Shown here: piece after piece, positions 54,301-64,000 of the stretch
Layout: each line of letters opens with the position of its first letter
How positions within the stretch are numbered: position 1 is the first letter of the stretch
The notes under the pieces: model-generated
Database searches by the model: none
The model's input: the letters and a program-made list of their open reading frames with translations, nothing else
Told to the model about the DNA's origin: nothing
Assembly (NCBI GenBank): GCA_965637545.1
Contig: OZ281501.1
Location: forward strand, 14,508,001 to 14,572,000
Direction of reading: 5' to 3'
DNA: 64,000 nucleotides
Source of the DNA: Phallusia mammillata
Lineage: Eukaryota
Made by a program: the position numbers and the translations under genes

Positions 54301-57300
54301 CTTCAAACCCAGAATATACACACAAATCTGTCTGTTTTTGATTACTGCTTCTATCACTTAAAACATTATTACACATAAAAATGTGTCACATCAAGCCTTT
54401 ATTACTTTGAAATTACTATTAAATTGGCATGTGGCAGTCAAATAGTTGCCGTCCCCTGGTTTACAGTCCAACTACACTGCAAATGACTTAATATAACAGA
54501 TATGAATGTCAATGGTTTGTTTTAAAGTACTTCGTTTTATAATGTAAAAGTACACTAACAATGATGGCCTAAAGTTTCATGTATTGTGCAAAATATGTTT
54601 TTTACGTAAGGTTTTAATTTCTTACATGTGAGTTTAATCAATTCAATTCTATCAATATTGGTATTAGATGTTCGAACCACACTGTATCTTAATCTAGAAA
54701 TGCTCTAAAAACAGTACAGCAAAGCACACCACCTAAAAGAAGTCTGAAACATTTCTTTGTATTGTGTGCTACAAGTGCTCTAATTATAAGTCTTAAATGG
54801 AATCCAAACAAATGAATTTCTAAAAAAAGACTCACTAATAAAACTGCCAATCTTATTTTATGAACAACTGCCTAAATAGCGGGTAAGTCTGCCATTTCAA
54901 AGTCACTTACATTCACAGCTTTATGAGGCTTCTCCATATCTAAGCCTTCTTGCAATTACATGTATCCTATTGAGACAGTCAATAGAACAAGGACACAAGC
55001 AAAAAATCAATTGAAGGACAAAGCCTAGGCAGGCGGTCAGCTTAACAAAACACTTGGCACTTTAATTTGCAAAATTGCATAAGCAGTTGCTTTTGAAACT
55101 GTGGTGAGATGCATGCTATAGTACATCCCAAGAGAATTCTCTTAAGCCTCCACTGAGATTGCACAATGACGTTGGCAACATGAAAAAATGCAGATCTGTC
55201 TTAATAAGCCATTTAGTGCAGGGCTGCCTGTATACATTGGTAGCTGTAGCATAGGGATTGGAGCTTGCGGGTATCAATCTGTCAACACTGTCCAGTCCCT
55301 AAGCACTTACAAGGTGATAATCCTTTTGGCCATTGCCATTGATTTTGAGTTGCTGATGAGCCTTATGTTGCAAAGCAATTTTTAACTATTTTTGCATTGC
55401 ATTGCAGTGTAGTGTTTATAGAAAAGTAATTCTATATTAACCAAACTTTTAATAAATATTTTATTCCACATGGTAATGTAAATTTAATCTATTTACATTT
55501 AGGAAAACTGGACTTGTGACTTAAAAAAGAGAAAACTATAATTTCACACCTCAAAATGTTGTTAAAATCATTTGATTTGAGCTAATGATTATGCAACTAA
55601 TACATTTTTGAAGGTGGTGTGTTTGTGCTGTGGAAAAATTTTCAAACCCACATTCTTATGAATGCAAAAAGCTAATCATAAAGGGCAAACATGTGTTTAG
55701 AATAGTAAATTGTGGAATCTGTTAGTGATGGGACGATACCAGGTTTTGAAGCGAGTACCGATACCGAGTACGAGTACCACATGTATATACCTTCGATACC
55801 GAGTACGATTACCGAGTACTTAAGTACAGTGTTGTACTTGGTTGTATATCACCTGCTAATTTATCTGCCATGGCCGGCGTACAGGCGCGTACACACACAT
55901 GCCGAAAAAAGTAATCTCCATACGATAGCGAAAAAAATTCGTAACCTGGCGGAAACTTTTCCCAAATTTGTACTGTCCGAAGCATATATTGGCACAAAGT
56001 TTTCAGTGTTCTTATAGTGTAAATCGGCTTTCGGTACTCGCACGTTGGTATCGAAAACTGAGACAAAATATTTCGATACCGAGTACGAGTATCGATACCA
56101 CTGAAATCGTTCGATACCATCGATACCGAGTACCAAGTACCAGGTACCCGTCCCATCACTAGAATCTGTCCCACCAACCAATGTGTTTAGTTTGACAAGG
56201 GACAAAATTAGTACTTGCATGTTTCTCATATTACAGCATAATAAGGTTTTTGTCTGAGGTTAAATACCAAATCATAGACGACCTTCTAAATATTCTGTCA
56301 GCAAAACAATAGTTAAATGCTGATAACAATAAAAACATTTTTTTCTCTAGACTTGGTCCCAATACAGATCAACACCCAGAGGCTGGTAGAAAATTCATAA
56401 ACTTCTTGCAAACCTGCCATACTGACATACTGAGATAAAAAAAACAATCACTTATATATATCAAAGTTTTTAGACCATGAGCTTTAGGCAAAATTTCTCA
56501 AACTGAACATTAATGGCCATAGTTCTCCGAACAAAACATTTGAATGAAATCAGCAAATAAACAACCGTGTCAACCGTAGAGAAAGTTCCAGAGTGTATTA
56601 CCTGCCATTGATAGCCCAGCAAATTGTCTGAAGAGGACATTGGGCCTCTCTCCAACATAATAGAGAACCTAGCATCGAATACTACATCCACTTGAGATCT
56701 GGGTTGAGGTTGCAGCCAGGTTTAACCATGCATAACATTCACTTAGCTAGGTTACAGTAGCCGAAAAAATCACATAAACAAACTGAAAGCGCAAGTTAAC
56801 TGTACTTAATGTTGATAGATAAACAGCGCTTGTTTTGGCATGTTTTGTATGTTAATGTCTTTTTGCATAACACTGATTTAAAAAAGGTTTTCGTTTTTTA
56901 AGGACAAGCAATAAACAAACATATGCTTTTAAATCCTAACATTTCATTTGTTTCACATAATATTTACAGGGGCTGCTTTAGTTTACAGTCCCCATTTGCC
57001 AAGTAATAAATTTCTTGATTATCAATTTTTTAACAACTATATTTTGAAATAGTTTGCTTCCTATGCATTTGTAACAATAACATCAAAAATTAACATAACA
57101 AAATATATTCAGATGCACAACGTATATGTATGCAGTATAGAGAAAAAAGACAATACATTCCCATTAAAAAATCAAATCTGTTCTAGGTCTTCCTGTTGCA
57201 CAATAACATTTCCAATTTACTAATCAATATTTCTACATCTCTAAAGTCAGTCAACACACCTAAACATACCGTGCATCTTTGTTACTACTAGCAATTTAAT

Positions 57301-58608
57301 GCAAGCTGGCACATAGCAAAAAATAGGGCCATCTGAACTGAATAAAACAAGCCTTTGTTGTATTGGACAGTAGCAAGCCCTCTGCAACTGTTTCTCCTTG
57401 CCAGAACCAAGACCTATGCCACAGCCTTTAACTGCTTTCTAGAATCCATACATAATTAATGAGGTGCAGCTATCAGAGGGGGTACAGGGGTGGTACAAAT
57501 GCCCAGACTGAATCATATATTTCGTTTTCAATCCACTCAGCTTGCTCTTATGTAATTGCTCAGTGTTGGGCCATGAACTAATGTGTATAGCTCGAGGAAA
57601 CAGTATGACCGCACAGGCAAAGTTATCGCATTTTGGTTTGTCTACGGTGCTGTTTAGATCCACTTATGATGTCATTTTTGCACTTTGCTAACACTTAAAG
57701 ATTACCTTGGAAAAAAACAACTATTAATATAAATGCTTGTGTGCCTGCCCAATGATATTTCAAGATAAGTCAATGGTTATTATCAAGTAATTGGCATGAA
57801 AACAAATGAAAATACTCCAATATATAAATTACTGACAATTTAAACACCCTTTCGACAAAAAAGTGCATAAAAATCCAAAACAAAGCATTATATAGAACTA
57901 GTATTTAAAAAAACAGTAACCTACCAAATCTTTTTCCAGGCACATTTAAATTTATCCTTTGACACCAATGCTTGTTTAGTATAGGTGACAAAAATAATTG
58001 AACAGTTCATTTTTTGTTCGCACTTATTAGAAACTCAAACCATATTGAAGGCAAAATTTGCAAATTGATTTTGGATGTGCAAAAAATGAATTAGTAAAGC
58101 TTTTATGATTTGGCAGTGCTGGCAATGACATTTATTTCTATTTGGTTAAAAGCAAGTATGAATCATTTTGGGTTCCTATTAATCTTTTAAAGTCTTTAAA
58201 CATCACATTTTTTGTATGTTTTACAAAGTGTATGTTTGTAATTTTACAGATTATTTGTTTGTTTCCTAATTTATTGCAATACTGTTGACAAGATATAGGC
58301 ATCTGTCCATATGTTTAATGATGAAAATATATAATGGCCTAAATAGATGTAAAAACGACATGCTTTAATTTTCAAACGTTTCAGCAAATGCTCATGCCAT
58401 GATCAGTGGAGCAAGTCCTCTTTATGTTTATTTGGGCCATTAATTATTTTCATCATTAAACTTGTATTACCAGATGGTTTGAAAAAATGTAAAAACATAT
58501 TTTTTGAAACAATCATACCTGCTTGGTGAGGGAATTAGATGATGATCCACTCATACTTCCACCATGTTTCAATCGACTCTTTTTGTTAGAACTTTTTACT
58601 CCATGTGT
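42241..58608 (-). CDS. CACNB: Voltage-dependent calcium channel beta subunit (SH3-HOOK-GK), single pro-orthologue-like CaVbeta; first coding exon not securely identified
   Basis: Minus-strand exons 58608-58519, 52709-52590, 52212-52090, 50569-50350, 48779-48695, 46144-45985, 45266-45098, 44469-44318, 43787-43692, 43394-43233, 42336-42241, phase-consistent. Motifs [101 protein letters not shown]. Confidence 0.93.
47138..47378. mobile_element. Truncated inverted copy of the 59312-59615 MITE family
   Basis: Reverse complement of 47270-47340 matches the internal gacttgaatatgctttt...gacttttgaaagcgctga...tagagcta of the 59312 copy. One TIR (gtatttagtaccacc) is retained at 47363-47377. Confidence 0.7.
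48385..48638. mobile_element. Aged hAT-type MITE
   Basis: Degenerate TIR cagggatcaaaaacc / ggttgtcaaccctg; TSD atttaaac / gtttaaac. Confidence 0.6.
50762..50976. mobile_element. hAT-type MITE (215 bp)
   Basis: TIR cagtggttctcaaact / agtttgagaactactg (1 mismatch); perfect TSD cattatac. Confidence 0.88.
51876..52055. mobile_element. hAT-type MITE, copy 1 (downstream intron of the CACNB SH3 exon 52212-52090)
   Basis: TIR cagtggtgggattca / tgaatcctaccactg; perfect TSD actatacc. Confidence 0.88.
52371..52542. mobile_element. hAT-type MITE, copy 2 (direct repeat of copy 1, including ~57 bp of its left flank)
   Basis: First ~86 bp and the upstream flank (ttttagaattgtagtttcttatgtagtatgcagtgtctcaataactggactatacc) are identical to copy 1. 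The right part diverges and there is no matching right TSD. Confidence 0.8.
52742..54020. repeat. Composite repeat, probably Helitron/Helentron-derived: ~129-bp tandem units plus two 3'-hairpin ends
   Basis: Units cattttagggggcta...caaatcggacattgttt start at 53331, 53462 and 53589. Perfect hairpin gtccccttc-agg-gaaggggac at 53782-53802, with a near-copy at ~53993-54013. cttgaccaa...aacaaaccagcgttagacagaaa is shared by 52756 and 53921. The family assignment is inference. Confidence 0.55.
55723..56161. mobile_element. hAT-type MITE (439 bp) with TAG termini
   Basis: Perfect 13-bp TIR tagtgatgggacg / cgtcccatcacta; perfect TSD gaatctgt; many internal cgatacc / cgagtac repeats. Confidence 0.92.
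56602..56658 (-). CDS. CACNB: Candidate alternative first coding exon of CACNB (short N-terminus [19 protein letters not shown])
   Basis: ATG at 56658, 19 codons ending CAG|GTAATA in phase 0, compatible with the phase-0 exon starting GSADS at 52709. Lies between the long-form exon 2 and exon 3, where vertebrate short-N-terminus first exons lie. Confidence 0.45.
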
Positions 58609-59311
58609 CTACAAGAAATAAAATAAAACACCTTTAACTCAAGAATACACCGCAATCTTTTTTGTAAGACATCTGAGATACAAAGCAACCCAGCTATAGC
58701 CTGCCGTCGACCTACAAGCCACATAAGTGTGGAAAGCATTACGCTTTGCAATATATATGTCTAATGTCTAATTGGATAAGTGTATGGATATATAGAACAC
58801 TTATGAGATTCAAAGCTAGGCAAGTGTTACTGAATTCAACTTATCTCTGTCCTGTGCACAATCATGAAATTCAATTCAATTGACTTCCTAACTGTAATCG
58901 TCAAAAAAACACACATAAATGCTCTGGTTATGTAACATGTAAATGTGATAGTTTCATTCAATTTTTCTGACACTTAAAAAGTTACAATTTAGAATGTGGG
59001 ACTTCATTCTGTTTAAAGCAATTCTTTTCCAAACAGTGGTAAACACCAATGCGTTATTGTGCCAGAAACAAGCCTTCTCTTGATAATAGTATTTAAACAG
59101 TTTTACAAACTACATATATTATTTGGATATACATATATGAAAAACTTAATATGTGGCCTTGGTTATTCCAGAAAAAAACATATTTGAGCAATATGTCTTT
59201 CAAAACAATACAAGGTAAAGTCAGATACAAGTTGCATATTTGTAACCTGTTTATTTTAATGAAAAATCATAAGTTTATAAACAAGTGTAACCAATCTGGC
59301 CTCTCACTGAT

Positions 59312-59615
59312 CAGTGGTACTAAATACTGCATGGCCGCATGATACCGCATGTTACCGCATGTGACCACATGTTATCACACGAAAGTTGAAAATGACTTGA
59401 ATATGCTTTTACAAAAATTGTAATTTTGCGGACTTTTGAAAGCGCTGACGTTTAGAGCTATTTGTGTTGGGTGAGGGCTTGTAATTGAAATAATACTAGA
59501 ATCTGGTCTATTTTACCCTTGTTGTGGCTTGTATACATTTAACACACCATACAGTATTCTAAGCGGAATACCATGCGGTTACATGCAGTAACATGTGTGT
59601 ATTTAGTACCACCCC
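59312..59615. mobile_element. MITE with accgcatg subterminal repeats
   Basis: TIR core tggtactaaatac / gtatttagtacca; 8-9-bp TSD (c)tcactgat on both sides. Confidence 0.8.
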
Positions 59616-61885
59616 TCACTGATGATGGCGTGAGCATTTGCTGAAACGTTGAACAATAAAGCATGTTATCTGTTGTTATTTTCCTCATTAATAATGTTTA
59701 CCTTTGTTACTTCAAGTGTGTCAGTATGGTGCATGGCATCATCATTTATAACATATTGATGGTCCACAGACATTTCCACTGAACTCCTTAGGACCATTTC
59801 ATGTTATTACAACTTAAATAACAACAATCAATATTTACAGAGAAAATTGCTGTTATTTAGATAAGAGCAGAAACTACTACCCGAGTTATCCTAAAACGTT
59901 AAGCCTGCAAAAGATAATAACTCTAATTAGGTTTTTGAAAACAAACAGCCATGACCCGGAGCAAGATGTACTTCACAGAAAAAAATTATCAAGCCCAAGG
60001 CAGACAAGTGATCTTTTTTTCTTGTTGATTTCTTGGCGACTTTCATTGATAAGATGCGATATTTGGTATATACCAAACGGGCCCCATTTTTTGACATACA
60101 AATCACATATAATCAAACATATTTTTTGATAAACCCAAACAGTTTTGGCAATTTAAAATACACCTACAAATCTGCAGCCTTAGGTGTTCAGTTTATTATT
60201 ATTTGCTATCCAGCTATATAATTTTCACACCTCTGGCCTAGCATTTTTTGCTCAGTCTGTAGAATCAAAGTATGTATAAAACACAAGTAGTCAAACCCAT
60301 TGTTTCGTGATAGAGCCGCACGGACGCCATTTGTGTCCAAATTAATACAGCAGGTATAGGGGAAAACACATAAATTGTCTGATTTTTACACACTGGTGGG
60401 ATTTACTGTGAGTTTCATAGGCAAAATCGAATAAAACTTTTGGGTTCTAACATTTGAGCGTGATAATGCACGCTGAACACAAATATTTAAAGTTTACATG
60501 AAAATTAAGCGGCCAAATTTACATGAAAAACAGCAATTTAGCGTTGAAATGTTAGAACCCGAAATTTTTATTCAATTTGGCGAATCAAATTCGCGTCTAT
60601 GCTCTCCAGTTTGTAAAAATCAGACAATTTATGTGTTATTTTTCTCTACCCACAGTATCATTTTAAACACAAAATTGTGTTATATATATAGACTTTGTGT
60701 AGAATATGGCAGTTCCCAACACGTCTCCAGCCTGCATGACTACTATGTCTTGCAAATCCGTGTGTAAGACCATTTTTTACCAGGTACAAAGCAAGTGATA
60801 ATAGCGCCAGGCATTACTTTCTTACACATAATCATTACAATATTACTTTATTTAGTGTTATTTTAACAGGACTAAATATTCGTCTTGCAAAAGTTCACAA
60901 ATAAAAATTATAAAATAGACATAGAAAAAACATATTTAGAACCTATGTCCCACTTGTGCTTTGTGCATTAGAAAGTCATTTATCTGTGGTAAAAGGAACT
61001 TTTTCCATCTCAAATTTAAATAATTTTTAGGCACTAGTATTTTGCTTAGAATTTTGCCTTGCATCTAAATTAGGCACACAAAACACTCAATTTTCACACC
61101 AAAATTAGTAATCAACGCAAAAGTACAAACAAAACCCAACACGAAATTATTGGCTGAATGTTTTCACAATGAAAGGCGCTTCATCTGTGTTTTACAAGAT
61201 ACATGTACTCAAAGCAGGCACTTCGTTTGAAATAGCTTGTTGTCAATTTAACGTACTTCAACATGAAAATTTTACACCAAAACATGAAAAACATCAACAA
61301 AACTAAATAATTTAAGCTTTCGTATAAATCGAACACGAATAGATAACGAAGATTACATAAAATTGGTGAAGTTAGATTTATATCTTTCCAAATAGCGATT
61401 CTAATGTTGCATCGCCTTCAGATGCATAAGACATTATTTTCTTAACGTTAAAAAAGGTTTTTCGGTTTCGATCGAAATAAACAAACAAAACTTTTTATTT
61501 GCTTATTTTATACCACATGCTGGAACACTAAACGTACGTGACGTGTACATCGATAATTCCAGAACCGTTGTACGAATTAAATGTTTTTGCTCACTGTTTT
61601 GCATTTGTTACATCTGATTGCTTGTCTATCGTAGTATTAAATGTTAAAAATCTTTTTTAAAAACTGATATTTTAAGATGACATCAATGTCATCGATACAA
61701 ATTCTACATAAAAAACGGTTGAATTTTTCGGAAGCATTTTTTGCTCCAAAACTGTTTGTGTGAATTTATTTATAATTTTAATTAATAGAAGTGTTTTTCG
61801 AAATCTTATTTATGTTTTCTTTTACCCTTTACTTTGATTTAGGTAAGATATTTAATGATAAAAAAAAAATTGTCGACGTAAAAGT

Positions 61886-61897
61886 GGGGAATTCCCC
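61886..61897. promoter_or_regulatory. Perfect NF-kappaB-type palindrome upstream of TRAPPC2L
   Basis: GGGGAATTCCCC, within the longer near-palindrome gtggggaattcccccac, ~77 bp before the ATG. Confidence 0.35.
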
Positions 61898-61973
61898 CAC
61901 AATACAAGCCCACGATGTGTTTTGGTTTTGTTAGCTGTTTTTGCTAAACTTAAGCGTATTCTAACAGTTTAGT

Positions 61974-62432
61974 ATGGCAGTGTGTATTGGAGTAATTGCG
62001 AAAGAAAACTATCCGCTGTACATTCGCTGTGCGCCGAATGTCGAAAATGAGGTAAACTTCCATTTTACGGTGCACACATCGTTGGACGTAATTGAAGAAA
62101 AAGTTGCCAGCCTCGGCAAGTCAACATCTATTTCAACGACTGACCTACGAGAGTTCTATTTGGGACAGCTTTATCCTTCCGAGGACTACCGCATATATGG
62201 CTATGTGACAAACACTAAAGTAAAGTTCGTGATTGTGGTAGAAGCGGCAAACACCCAGCTTCGGGACAATGAAGTACGAAGCATGTTTCGGCGGCTACAT
62301 AACGCATATACTGACGTAATTTGCAATCCATTTCACGTACCTGGTGATAAAATCAAATCAAAATCATTTGACAGTGTAGCCTCTTCAATGATTGTCCCTG
62401 AACGAAAAAAAGAAAATCCTTTGGTTATTTAA
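61974..62432 (+). CDS. TRAPPC2L: Trafficking protein particle complex subunit 2-like (sedlin family), 152 aa, intronless
   Basis: [68 protein letters not shown] match recalled TRAPPC2L. An acceptor AG at 61971-61972 lies 1 nt before the ATG. Confidence 0.95.
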   Translation: MAVCIGVIAKENYPLYIRCAPNVENEVNFHFTVHTSLDVIEEKVASLGKSTSISTTDLREFYLGQLYPSEDYRIYGYVTNTKVKFVIVVEAANTQLRDNEVRSMFRRLHNAYTDVICNPFHVPGDKIKSKSFDSVASSMIVPERKKENPLVI

Positions 62433-62678
62433 TTTTGTTTCATTGTTGTCTCTCGAATGTTCAGAATAGTAAATTGTTTCAGTGTCTATTCATAATGTTT
62501 TGATTTATCCTGTTGCTTATGATTTATGAATGGCTACTATTTCAGTTTTTTATTCTGGCTATTGTTTAAAATAGAATTTATCCTTTGTGTTTCTTTTAAT
62601 GGTGTACAATGTACATGCATATTTATTGTCATGTTTGTGATGTCGTTTTCAGATCATTAGGGTTGTGTGTTTGTATAA

Positions 62679-64000
62679 ATGTTTGCACATAGTTTAAAAC
62701 TCAGACTTGCATTGAGGGAAATACCTCTGTTGCAAGGTTTTGTTGCTAAATTACCAATTAGGCGCAACTTTGTACCATACTCTCAGAATCTCTTCTGTAT
62801 TTCCCGGAGTTTGACTGTAAGTGCACAGAGCAACAGATGGTGGAATAATTCATATCATAACAAGCGGTCAAAAAGTGTTTTTCCCTGGTCATTCGCGTTA
62901 TTGCCATGTGTCAGCTTTTTCAGTGTGGATGACAGTCCTCAAAGAGGAGATGTGATACAAAATGGAAATGCATTGCTGCAAGCTGTCACAAGTGGAAACA
63001 TTTCTGACCTTAAAAGCATTTTAAACCAGATAAAATCATGGGACCAGTCATCAAAAAACACTGTGTTAAATCACAGACACCTTCTTGGTTGGACTCCACT
63101 TATGGTTGCTGCCATAAGCGGACATTTAGAAGCAGTGAAATTATTGTTAGCGGCAGGTGCTGACCCAAATATGGGTGATAATTTTTGTCTAAAGGCCCAG
63201 CAGAATGTCAGCAGGATGCAAGGAGCGCTGATACGAGAAGAAGAATTTAGTGATCGTTTAATTCCCTTTTCTGACTTTAGAGGATTTACTGCGCTACATT
63301 ATGCTGTGCTCATAGACTCAAAACATGCGGTTGAAGAATTGGTCAAGCACAATGCTGATGTGTCAAAGAAAAATCACATGGGCTATAGTGCGGTAAAATA
63401 CTGCAAGGATAAAGATGGGGCTATTGGGAAGTACTTGACAGAAATGGAAGAGCTGGCCAATGAGCTAAGAAAAGAAGAGGAAGCCAAAGAAAGAGCATTG
63501 TACCCACTGGAAAAACGTCTGAAAGAAAATATTATCGGTCAAGAAGGAGCTATTTCAACAGTGGCTTCTGCTGTGAGAAGAAAACAGAATGGTTGGTACA
63601 ATGAAGACAACCCATTAGTATTCCTTTTTCTTGGATCTTCAGGGATTGGAAAAACTGAACTCGCTAAGCAGGTTGCCAATTACCTCCACAAAGACAATAA
63701 GAAAGGTTTTGTTCGACTTGATATGTCAGAGTACCAAGAAAAACATGAGGTTGCTAAGTTGATCGGCTCCCCACCAGGCTATATAGGACATGATCAAGGA
63801 GGTCAATTAACAAAAAAGTTAAAAGCTCAACCAAATGCCGTTGTATTGTTTGATGAGGTGGATAAGGCTCATCCAGATGTTTTGACAGTTTTATTACAGC
63901 TGTTCGATGAAGGACGTTTAACCGATGGACGTGGACAAACAATACAGTGCAAAGATGCAATTTTTGTCATGACGTCGAATCTCGCAGCTGATGAGATTGC
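62679..64000 (+). CDS. CLPB: Mitochondrial disaggregase CLPB/Skd3 (targeting peptide + ankyrin repeats + AAA+), intronless so far, truncated by window end
   Basis: Open frame from ATG 62679 to the end (440 codons, no stop, so absent from the ORF track). Arg-rich N-terminus; ankyrin motifs GWTPLMVAAISG and GFTALHYAV; Walker A GSSGIGKT; pore loop GSPPGYIG; Walker B VVLFDEVDK; sensor-1 MTSN. Acceptor gttttcag ends at 62652. Confidence 0.95.
   Translation, partial: MFAHSLKLRLALREIPLLQGFVAKLPIRRNFVPYSQNLFCISRSLTVSAQSNRWWNNSYHNKRSKSVFPWSFALLPCVSFFSVDDSPQRGDVIQNGNALLQAVTSGNISDLKSILNQIKSWDQSSKNTVLNHRHLLGWTPLMVAAISGHLEAVKLLLAAGADPNMGDNFCLKAQQNVSRMQGALIREEEFSDRLIPFSDFRGFTALHYAVLIDSKHAVEELVKHNADVSKKNHMGYSAVKYCKDKDGAIGKYLTEMEELANELRKEEEAKERALYPLEKRLKENIIGQEGAISTVASAVRRKQNGWYNEDNPLVFLFLGSSGIGKTELAKQVANYLHKDNKKGFVRLDMSEYQEKHEVAKLIGSPPGYIGHDQGGQLTKKLKAQPNAVVLFDEVDKAHPDVLTVLLQLFDEGRLTDGRGQTIQCKDAIFVMTSNLAADEI

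Noticed and set aside
55712-56229. Four overlapping ORFs of 64-122 aa
   Set aside because: All arise from the repetitive 439-bp MITE, with no transposase motifs.
62679-64000. ClpB-like AAA+ ORF without introns as a bacterial horizontal transfer or contaminant
   Set aside because: The targeting peptide + ankyrin repeats + single AAA+ architecture is animal CLPB/Skd3, and it is contiguous with eukaryotic TRAPPC2L.

Overview
Eukaryotic, AT-rich, intron-containing animal genomic DNA. My inference is an invertebrate chordate, most likely an ascidian tunicate: proteins are chordate-like, introns are compact, and there are operon-like gene pairs with splice acceptors just upstream of ATGs. Seven genes were reconstructed by hand with phase-consistent GT-AG junctions. 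In order: Wnt10 (+, 14019-21822, 7 coding exons); SPEGNB (-, 24585-26287, IQ + 2 Ig domains); an intronless DNPEP (+, 31835-33232) followed closely by PLEKHA8/FAPP2 (+, 33650-38103, 11 exons); a voltage-gated Ca2+ channel beta subunit CACNB (-, 42241 to at least 58608); an intronless TRAPPC2L (+, 61974-62432) followed closely by an intronless CLPB/Skd3 (+, 62679 to window end). Many short hAT-type elements carry intact TIRs and 8-bp TSDs, one pair nested, and there are also tRNA-derived SINE relics and a Helentron-like repeat. The main discovery candidate is in CACNB: it carries a terminal exon ([13 protein letters not shown]...) and a HOOK segment (SPKTSVSSV) that match the isoform-specific parts of vertebrate skeletal-muscle beta1a, but with Arg at the Trp503-equivalent position. 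Also notable are Wnt10-SPEGNB-DNPEP-PLEKHA8-CACNB linkage echoing human 2q35/12q13, and two candidate operons led by intron-free genes. All homology calls are from recalled sequences; no searches were run.
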